From the NCBI GenBank assembly GCA_964452955.1, contig CAYVRH010000001.1, forward strand, positions 1 through 32,201: DNA of 32,201 nucleotides, read 5' to 3'. Numbering within the stretch: the first letter of the stretch is position 1; every line of letters starts with the position of its first letter. This DNA is from an uncultured Anaerolineaceae bacterium. Lineage in GTDB: Bacteria; Chloroflexota; Anaerolineae; Anaerolineales; Anaerolineaceae. The notes beneath the pieces were generated by a model. It made no database searches. It saw nothing but the letters and a program-made list of their open reading frames with translations, and was not told where the DNA came from. The position numbers and the translations under genes were made by a program. Of the stretch, positions 17,812 to 25,204 are shown in pieces.

Positions 17812-17824
17812 GAAAAATGCTTGA

Positions 17825-20134
17825 TTAAAACAACGTTCTTAACGGAAGGATCAATGTAAAGGTACTTCCCTCACCCAGTTTACTTTGCAGCTCTATTCTA
17901 CCACCATGTTTTTCAGCCACTTCCCTGGCAATTGAAAGACCCAGCCCCTGGCCGCGCATCGAAAAACCGTTAGCTTCTTCAACGCGATAAAAGCGATTAA
18001 ATATTTTTTCCTTGTCCATGAGGCTGATACCTTTTCCGTAATCTTTTACCTGGATGTACGCAAAATCATCATCCTTGAAAGCCGAAATTTCTACAGAGGC
18101 ATCATGGTTGCTAAATTTAATCGCGTTGTCGATAATGTTAAACACCGCTTCCTGAAGAAGTACCCGATCTGCCTGGATAAAATCTGACTTTAATCCAGAA
18201 TAATCAGTGCGCAAAAGTAGTTTTTTCTGATTTGCCTGCAGTGCCAGAACAGAAATGACATCTTCAATCACCTTTCGAATGTCAACTGTATCCAGGCTAA
18301 GCGTTTGCCTGGCATCTAGTTGCTCAAGGCTCAAGAGTTTATGAGTAAGAATATCCATGGTATCCACATTGGCATGGATTTTTTCAAGATATTTCTGTTG
18401 TTCCGGTATCAGCTCCCCAAGGTTTTGCAGCAGTAATAAGTAACCCCGCATTAACTTAAGAGGCGACTGCAAGTCGTGGCTGATATTAGTCAGGAACTGA
18501 ACTTTTTGCTGATCCGTTTCAGATATTTCGGAAGCGTTAATAATCTGGATGACCTTACCCAGTTGGTCTTTGCCAGCCATGATTGGAAAGTAGTTGGCCT
18601 GGTAGAGATTGCTTGCCAATCTGAAGCTGAGCGAAGACGCTGAATCTGAGTTTTGAAGGGCAAAATTGAGGAATTCCTCATTTTCATGAATGCCCGGCAG
18701 GAATGTAAAGAGATTACCATATTGGTCAATGAGCGCATTTGCCCTCTGATTGGCAAATACTACTTTATTGGTCGTGTTGAGCACAAAATGAGCTTGTGGC
18801 AGAGAGTCGATTGCGCTGATCAGCCAGGCTCCCTGATCCGTTACCAAGTTGAGCCGCTCCACCGTGCGCAGCAGAATTGCTGCTCTTTGGCCGACAGCTT
18901 CGTAGAAGCCCGTTTCACGGCTGTTAAAGACATGATTTTCCTGAAAGCCCACCCAGAAAAGAGCTGTTTCTTTTTGAGAGATGTCGTATGTTTTGGCAAG
19001 TAACGATTTTGGCATCTGAAAATCATCGTTAATCCCAAAATACTGCTTTGCTTTGAGGTCGGTTAACATCAGCCTTTCGTCTTTATCAAGACGGTTGATA
19101 AGAATCGCATCCATTGGCGCGAAAATTTCACTCTTTTGGCCGGTAGAATATTTTTCCTTGACGGATGTTGAATTTTGAGCGGCATTCGTACTGTAAATAA
19201 GTAAGCGAGAAGAATCCGCTCCGTAAGCCAATGTAGTTTCCAATAAACTCTGCATAGCTACGTTTCGACTTTCGCTACTATCATCATTTATTTGGATGGA
19301 TAATGCTTTGTTTACCAGGTCCTGCCTGGAGGCTAATTCATCGCGCAAGTCTTTTATCCTGGAAAGTAACACTTCTTCTTGTAATGAAGTGACTTGAATT
19401 GGAGCCGGTAAATCCAAATGACCTTTGGCCAGACTTTCGATGGACCGATTGGCAAAATCAACCACTGCTTTTCTAGAACCTGTCGCCCGAATGAATTTGG
19501 ATGGCAACCACGCTAATGACGAAAACAGATTCACAGCATGGATCAAAAGAATTGACAAAATAAGGGCGGGCAGGCTTGAAATCCAGCTGTTCAAGCTAAA
19601 CTGGACAAGCGGAAATAGGTATCCATCCTTTTCCAGTAACTGCAAAAGGAGCTGAAAGATGAAAATTATAGGCAATAATTCCAAAAAACTAACAGTAAAT
19701 CGCAGTGTTAAACCAGATCGGTTGCCACGTTCTTCCGGTTTACTAAATTTTTGAGCCAGCAAAATCAAGAATGCCCATTGCGTGATAATCGCCAAAATAC
19801 TTTGACCATGCACAGCCATTTGAGTTAATCCAGCAACCAATCCGACAATCAAGGCAGGCAAAAGACCGACTAGTCCCAGGCTTAGAACCGCGGGAAGCAT
19901 GCCGAGTATTGAGAAAAATACTGGATTGGACTCAAATGAACCTGGGATGGCAGGCAACTGAAGTACCAGGTACAGAAAACGAGTAAACAGGAAGGCACTT
20001 GCGAGCAGAATAACAAAAAAGATCCCATTTTGGAGTGAAAGCCTGTTGGGTTGAGCCTGCAGTTTCCGAGTGTAAAAAAGGCTGATCAAGGCGGAAACGG
20101 TCAGAACGATGGCTTGACTCCAGGTAAGCTGCAT
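17825..20134 (-). CDS. Sensor histidine kinase with a polytopic N-terminal membrane domain, 769 aa; no response regulator in the window
   Basis: Residues ~1-215 form about six hydrophobic helices. A central ~330-aa cytoplasmic region looks GAF/PAS-like. The H-box is FLTNISHDLQSPLKLMRGY, the N-box is FNIIDNAIKFS, G1 is VKDYGKGI and G2 is GQGLGLSIAREVAEKHGGRI. Confidence 0.9.
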   Translation of the reverse strand: MQLTWSQAIVLTVSALISLFYTRKLQAQPNRLSLQNGIFFVILLASAFLFTRFLYLVLQLPAIPGSFESNPVFFSILGMLPAVLSLGLVGLLPALIVGLVAGLTQMAVHGQSILAIITQWAFLILLAQKFSKPEERGNRSGLTLRFTVSFLELLPIIFIFQLLLQLLEKDGYLFPLVQFSLNSWISSLPALILSILLIHAVNLFSSLAWLPSKFIRATGSRKAVVDFANRSIESLAKGHLDLPAPIQVTSLQEEVLLSRIKDLRDELASRQDLVNKALSIQINDDSSESRNVAMQSLLETTLAYGADSSRLLIYSTNAAQNSTSVKEKYSTGQKSEIFAPMDAILINRLDKDERLMLTDLKAKQYFGINDDFQMPKSLLAKTYDISQKETALFWVGFQENHVFNSRETGFYEAVGQRAAILLRTVERLNLVTDQGAWLISAIDSLPQAHFVLNTTNKVVFANQRANALIDQYGNLFTFLPGIHENEEFLNFALQNSDSASSLSFRLASNLYQANYFPIMAGKDQLGKVIQIINASEISETDQQKVQFLTNISHDLQSPLKLMRGYLLLLQNLGELIPEQQKYLEKIHANVDTMDILTHKLLSLEQLDARQTLSLDTVDIRKVIEDVISVLALQANQKKLLLRTDYSGLKSDFIQADRVLLQEAVFNIIDNAIKFSNHDASVEISAFKDDDFAYIQVKDYGKGISLMDKEKIFNRFYRVEEANGFSMRGQGLGLSIAREVAEKHGGRIELQSKLGEGSTFTLILPLRTLF

Positions 20135-20136
20135 GA

Positions 20137-20871
20137 CTAAGATCCTTCTTTAGGTCCTCTAAGCTTCAAAGTTTGTTTACGCTCACAGGTCTTATAGTAG
20201 TCGTAAATGACCTCAACTACCTCTTCAACATGGAGCGAATCCGTATCAATCACCAACGCGTCATCCGGAATTACCAGGGGAGCCGTTTTCCGATTGCTAT
20301 CTAATTCATCGCGATGTCTGATCGAATCCAAAACCTGCTGGTAAGTAATCTCCCGCTTCGCGGCTTGTTCTTCTGCAAAGCGACGTTCAGCCCTGACTTC
20401 CTGGGAAGCATCCAGGTAAATTTTACACGGGGCATCTGGTAGTACCACCGATCCGATATCCCTCCCCAGCATGACTATAGAACCTTTGGCGGCGATTTTT
20501 CGTTGTTGCTCGGTCATCGCTTTACGAACTTCCGGATAGGCCGAGACCTCGGAAACCAGGTTGTTCACCTCCGGCTGGCGAATCTGCCAGGTTGCGTCTT
20601 TACCGTCAATCAGGACGTCATTCATGCGGCCATCATCCGATGAAGGCGGCAAAATATCAATATCCACTTTCCAGGCTAAGGCGCTTACACTTGTTTCATC
20701 CCTGTAATCCAGGCCAGTCTGAATGACTACATAGGTGATGGCGCGATACATAATACCTGTATCAAAGCAAACGAACTTCAGCTTCTGAGCCAATTTTTGA
20801 CCGACCGTTGTTTTACCAACCGCCGCCGGGCCATCAATCGCTATCACCATTTTTGGTTTGATCTTTTTCAT
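20137..20871 (-). CDS. cmk: Cytidylate kinase, 244 aa
   Basis: The sequence contains VIAIDGPAAVGKTTVGQKLAQKL (P-loop), FDTGIMYRA and GRDIGSVVLPDA. GGGAGGAAA lies immediately upstream of the ATG. The ATG overlaps the upstream stop (ATGA at 20868-20871). Confidence 0.93.
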   Translation of the reverse strand: MKKIKPKMVIAIDGPAAVGKTTVGQKLAQKLKFVCFDTGIMYRAITYVVIQTGLDYRDETSVSALAWKVDIDILPPSSDDGRMNDVLIDGKDATWQIRQPEVNNLVSEVSAYPEVRKAMTEQQRKIAAKGSIVMLGRDIGSVVLPDAPCKIYLDASQEVRAERRFAEEQAAKREITYQQVLDSIRHRDELDSNRKTAPLVIPDDALVIDTDSLHVEEVVEVIYDYYKTCERKQTLKLRGPKEGS

Positions 20872-22529
20872 TTTCCTCCCGGAAAGAGGGATGTATTTAC
20901 CCAGAGCGTCTTTCGGATATCCACAGTCGGCAATGTTTTGGTTGCGATCATCTGCAGCAACTCAGCAAGAGCATTTTCAGATAGGTTCAAACGCCTGGCA
21001 TAAGTAATGGAAGTTCCCCTATAAGCAGACATCAAGCCGGATTCTGTCAGGCTGTCATTGACGACAAAACCTGGGAGGGGATCAGTCTTGGCTGAATCAG
21101 AATACGCTTTGAATTCCCAATAATCGCCTTTGCTAAGCACACCATCAATCGTGAAGCTATCGATATCAGGATTAATGGCATTGTTGGTTGAAAATACAGC
21201 CAATTCGGTAGAAGTAGGGCTTTCAGGGTAAAGAATTTCTGAATTGCTGAAAAGTAACTGGCTTACAGTGGCATTGTTCCAGGTTTGGGACAAAGAAAAG
21301 CCTAGTGAAAAAAGAGCGGCTACTACGAGAATGGCTGTCTGTAATGCGGGTTTGACCTCAGAAAAGCCCCAACCCAACCCGATCAGGATGTAACTGATCA
21401 AAATCAACCCCAATGCCAATAGCAATGGCAGCAGATCCATCGCGAAATTGAATTCTGATATTAGATTTCGAGCTAACTGGGTGAAGGTCAAAAGTGAAAA
21501 GATGAAGATCACCAGGAAGAAAACAAAAGATATCAAACTCACCGTGCTCACTTTAGCTGAAAGTGATTCTGATTGTGTGATCAGCAATGCAACCTGGATA
21601 ATTAAAAAGGCTTGCAAAAAGATGAATGATCCCGGGAGATAGCTCTGAAGGATTAAGCTCAACAGAAACAAACCAAGGAATATGCTTAGTCCTGATTTCC
21701 AAGAGAGAGAAGTGTTTCCAGATATGGCTCTTCCAAAAGGCAAAAGCAGATAGAGGCTGTAGGTCAGAAGAAGGAAGACCGGTAAAAACCAGAGAAGAGA
21801 TTGACCGCTTTGAATGGCAAACAAATCCACCAATCCGGAGCCAATTCCAGTCAAGCCAGCAGGATTTAGCAGGAAGGAAGTTGAAACAAGAACTCCGCTC
21901 AGCACTGCGCTGATAAAAAAGGATTTGCTCGGACTACAAAAGTCAAAAAGCCCTGAATGCATGGCCTTGCGTTTTGAAAAGTAGAGAAACAGACCAACCA
22001 AGCACATTAGAAAGAGAGCGATCCAGAAGTACTTTCCGGATAAGATTGCCAAGCCAAAGAGGATACCAGCTGCCACTTGTTTACGTTGATGAAGGAAAAC
22101 CAATAGCCAGGCAATAGTACTGGTTGCGAGTATGGGGCCATTGAGTTGTCGGGAGTAAATAAGAAAGATGGGGTCTAGGGCCAAAAGCAATGAAACCCCT
22201 AATAACGCGCTGGCGTTTTTATTTCTTAAGAGTGCGTATGGAATCAGCGTTAGTGAGGCACCAAATAGCGCTGGAATCAGCCTGGCAAAAAGATTACTTG
22301 TGGTACTAATCCAAAACAAAGCTCCTGTCAGCCCGGTGTATAAAGCAAGCGGGGATGAGCTGCTGGTTTGGTGCTTACTGATTTCGAGGGCTTGCCAGGC
22401 CAGATCAGCATCTGCCCTGGTGAATGGTACTGTGTCAGCTACCACTAAACGCAGAAACAAGGCAAATCCAAATATCACCAAGACTATGGGGAATATGTAA
22501 GGTTTGCGTGCCAAGCTTTGGCTATCCAT
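20868..22529 (-). CDS. Polytopic membrane protein, 553 aa, possible GT-C-type (PMT_2/ArnT-like) glycosyltransferase with a C-terminal extracytoplasmic domain
   Basis: About 12-14 hydrophobic helices span residues ~10-440. The first loop FLRLVVADTVPFTRADADLAWQAL resembles the ArnT/PMT N-terminal pattern, meaning a TM helix followed by an acidic loop. The C-terminal ~110 aa are soluble. The start overlaps the upstream stop (TAATG) and the stop overlaps the cmk start. The functional call is weak. Confidence 0.5.
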   Translation of the reverse strand: MDSQSLARKPYIFPIVLVIFGFALFLRLVVADTVPFTRADADLAWQALEISKHQTSSSSPLALYTGLTGALFWISTTSNLFARLIPALFGASLTLIPYALLRNKNASALLGVSLLLALDPIFLIYSRQLNGPILATSTIAWLLVFLHQRKQVAAGILFGLAILSGKYFWIALFLMCLVGLFLYFSKRKAMHSGLFDFCSPSKSFFISAVLSGVLVSTSFLLNPAGLTGIGSGLVDLFAIQSGQSLLWFLPVFLLLTYSLYLLLPFGRAISGNTSLSWKSGLSIFLGLFLLSLILQSYLPGSFIFLQAFLIIQVALLITQSESLSAKVSTVSLISFVFFLVIFIFSLLTFTQLARNLISEFNFAMDLLPLLLALGLILISYILIGLGWGFSEVKPALQTAILVVAALFSLGFSLSQTWNNATVSQLLFSNSEILYPESPTSTELAVFSTNNAINPDIDSFTIDGVLSKGDYWEFKAYSDSAKTDPLPGFVVNDSLTESGLMSAYRGTSITYARRLNLSENALAELLQMIATKTLPTVDIRKTLWVNTSLFPGGK

Positions 22530-25204
22530 TACCTAATACCTGCCATTTTGTTCTCAAAGATCCTGACGGAGTCATAATCAAATGCAAGCGCGAGGTGTTC
22601 ATTGAATTTCTGTTCATTAAGCTTATAGTTGCTCGCTTCAAGCGGCCCAACGTACACATAGCGAATATTATAGCGTGTGAGAATTTCAGCAGCCCGATCC
22701 CAATCAGCCGTAGAGTAGAGTACTTCCAAATCCTTGTACCGCGTGCCCATTTCAACGTCACCGCCACGCCATTGTGATTCGTGCCCAACCCAACCCAAGA
22801 CAGAGGGCATGCCGCTAAATGTCGACGCGTAATTAAAAGTGGAGTACTGCCCGCCATTGTTGGCTTCAGCCAAAACACCCAGAGGGGCTTTGCGAAGCCA
22901 CTTGACTGCTTCGATCTCATCGGCTTGTAGGACACTCTGCATACCGTCCAGAGATGGCAAGCTAATGCTACTGAAGCCGTTTGTCTTTTGCCAGGTCTGA
23001 ACTACCGGATAGATGAGCCCGGCAAGCAAACCAAAAATGATGAAGGCCGAAACTGCAGTTGTCCGATGCCGCTTTATCAAATTAACAACCATAACCAAAA
23101 CAAAAATTACTGGAATGGCTAACACCACGTAATCAAGCGGACTGCTCCCCAAGGGTCCGAGGTTTTGGTTCAAGGTGTTATAGATGACGTCATTACGGTA
23201 TATCCCCATGAATAAGGCGGCCACACCAAGCAAGAAGACCGATACTAAACTGAGGTTGCTAAATAGATTAGGTCGGCCTGCATTCCTTACCAAGCGGATG
23301 GTTGCGTAAGAAGCAACCAAAGACCACAAAATCCAAGCCTGAAAGTAGAACTTGAATATGGTGTTCATTCGATTCGCGAATTGATCTCTAAGAAATATGA
23401 ATTCAGGAATTAACGCAAAGAGTGCTCCCAGGAGGATCAGAAACAGCAAGAAAATTTCGGGGTGTGCTTTTGTCTCTGATTCTGCAATGACAGTTGGCTT
23501 GGCTAATATTTGCTGATTTCTGGCCAGAATTAACGCCAAAGCCAAAAAGATCATAACAGCGACGCTAAGTAATGTAAAAGGATCAGCTAATCTGGCTTGC
23601 AAGGCTAATTGCAGGGCTTCTTGGGCAGAACTTGCCCCTAAACGCATCAGCAAGGTTTGCCCTATCAAATCGATCGTGAGAACCAAGTAGCCAGCGCCCA
23701 AAGTGAATGCTAACCCGAGAACGCTAATTGCGATCGAAATCAGGCCAGCCTTGAGTACAGCCTTAAGGTCGAATTTTTTTATCAGACAATAGCTTAGATA
23801 CGCAAAAATTGCCAGCAACAGTGGTCCGAACATAACCCAAAAATACTTCCCAGCGGTAAAGAAACTAAAACTCGGTAGAATGCCTCCCGCCTGGGAACTG
23901 AAACTTAGAAAAAATGGTAAATAAAGCAGGATGCTGCCAATACCCAAACCAAGGCTAAGCTGTACAAACTGCCAGATACGTCCTCGCCATCCATGTTGAA
24001 GAAAAGAAAAATACACAATACTACACGCAACAAGCACGAGATAAAATGGAAAGTCCCAGGTATTTATGAAGGACAAGCCTCCAAGCGTGATAAGTCCAAT
24101 GGCAAGGTGAATCGGTTCAAGCTCCAGCGAACCAAACCAAGACCGCGCTTTTCCATGCCATCCGCCCAATAAGGCTTCGAAAGCCATTCCTATCGAAAGC
24201 AGGATGAAAGGCATATTCAGGATATGCGGATGGATATCCGCAAGTAAAAAGCTGAACGCGGGAAACTCATCGATAATCTCGATTGGTGAACCAGCAAAAT
24301 TGTGGTCAATCACCGTTCGCGAAGCTGCCCACCAGGTCCAACCTCCCCCACGTAATGGATACCAGGATAAGTTTTTAGGGGCTTCAGTCAACTCCCTCAG
24401 GTTAAGTTTGGACCAAAACTCGGACGCCAAATTACCAAGCCCGTCGTTTGAATAGAACAAGCCACGGCTGTGCAAGACATCAAAGAATCCATGCCAATTT
24501 GAAATTACCAGTAGCATCACAGGTGCCAGTATAGAGGTTCGATACACCCATTCAGGTATTTCATGTTTTACAGAATTCCTTCTGGAGCAAACCAGCAGGC
24601 TGAAAACAATTCCATAAGCCCCTAAAGCAGTCATGGCATACCAATAGGCGGCAATCAGGTTGTACCCAATCTCAGATGCTGTTCCCGTAATGCGGGTTAT
24701 CATGACACCCAGCAGATAGCCGAAATAGTAGTAAGAGATACTGTAGCCACTCAGCCAGGGATCCAGTGGTGGAAAGGATGGTGAGCGTCCGATGGCATTG
24801 ATAAAGGCCATCTCCATAAACTTCTCAGTATTGATGATTTCAGGATTGAACGCACGCAACAAAGCCATCAGGACAAATGCAATGAGAAAGACCCCTTCTG
24901 CCCAGAATATCAAGCGCTGAAAGCTTTTGATTTCATTCCAAATAGTTTGAAAACTGTCTTTCCTGGCCAGTAAAAAGTTAACCGCCAGTAAAATGCCTAA
25001 AGCTACCAATTGGCCTGAAACATCGTTGTGCAACAATCCGAGTGTAACCAACCACCAGAATAAAAACCCCCAAAGCAAGAGCCCCAATGGTTTGGCAAAA
25101 AAGTACCCCTTGCCCGGCAGGCGGCTGAACAATATCCGGCAGAGCGGTAAAGTAACCAAGCCAATTAAGATTGAGAATATCCACCATAAAACTGCCTGGA
25201 TCAT
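22529..25204 (-). CDS. DUF2298 / Chlor_Arch_YYY family integral membrane protein, 891 aa (908 aa if started at 25255)
   Basis: It is highly hydrophobic. The motifs are LPGKGYFFAKPLG, NTEKFMEMAFINA, YYYFG (24719-24733), EFPAFSFLLADIHPH (ADIHPH at 24224-24241), NTWDF (24050-24064) and RMNTIFKFYFQAWILWSLV. The C-terminal soluble domain has VLGWVGHESQWRG and IRYVYVGPLE. I prefer ATG 25204 because it forms an ATGA overlap with the upstream stop. Confidence 0.75.
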   Translation of the reverse strand: MIQAVLWWIFSILIGLVTLPLCRILFSRLPGKGYFFAKPLGLLLWGFLFWWLVTLGLLHNDVSGQLVALGILLAVNFLLARKDSFQTIWNEIKSFQRLIFWAEGVFLIAFVLMALLRAFNPEIINTEKFMEMAFINAIGRSPSFPPLDPWLSGYSISYYYFGYLLGVMITRITGTASEIGYNLIAAYWYAMTALGAYGIVFSLLVCSRRNSVKHEIPEWVYRTSILAPVMLLVISNWHGFFDVLHSRGLFYSNDGLGNLASEFWSKLNLRELTEAPKNLSWYPLRGGGWTWWAASRTVIDHNFAGSPIEIIDEFPAFSFLLADIHPHILNMPFILLSIGMAFEALLGGWHGKARSWFGSLELEPIHLAIGLITLGGLSFINTWDFPFYLVLVACSIVYFSFLQHGWRGRIWQFVQLSLGLGIGSILLYLPFFLSFSSQAGGILPSFSFFTAGKYFWVMFGPLLLAIFAYLSYCLIKKFDLKAVLKAGLISIAISVLGLAFTLGAGYLVLTIDLIGQTLLMRLGASSAQEALQLALQARLADPFTLLSVAVMIFLALALILARNQQILAKPTVIAESETKAHPEIFLLFLILLGALFALIPEFIFLRDQFANRMNTIFKFYFQAWILWSLVASYATIRLVRNAGRPNLFSNLSLVSVFLLGVAALFMGIYRNDVIYNTLNQNLGPLGSSPLDYVVLAIPVIFVLVMVVNLIKRHRTTAVSAFIIFGLLAGLIYPVVQTWQKTNGFSSISLPSLDGMQSVLQADEIEAVKWLRKAPLGVLAEANNGGQYSTFNYASTFSGMPSVLGWVGHESQWRGGDVEMGTRYKDLEVLYSTADWDRAAEILTRYNIRYVYVGPLEASNYKLNEQKFNEHLALAFDYDSVRIFENKMAGIR

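Noticed and set aside
22522-22935. 137-aa minus-strand ORF overlapping the 3' end of the 891-aa membrane protein gene
   Set aside because: It is a same-strand, out-of-frame overlap with a region that aligns to the giant protein's C-terminal domain (LGWVGHESQWRG ... YVYVGPLE). The alternative frame has no support.
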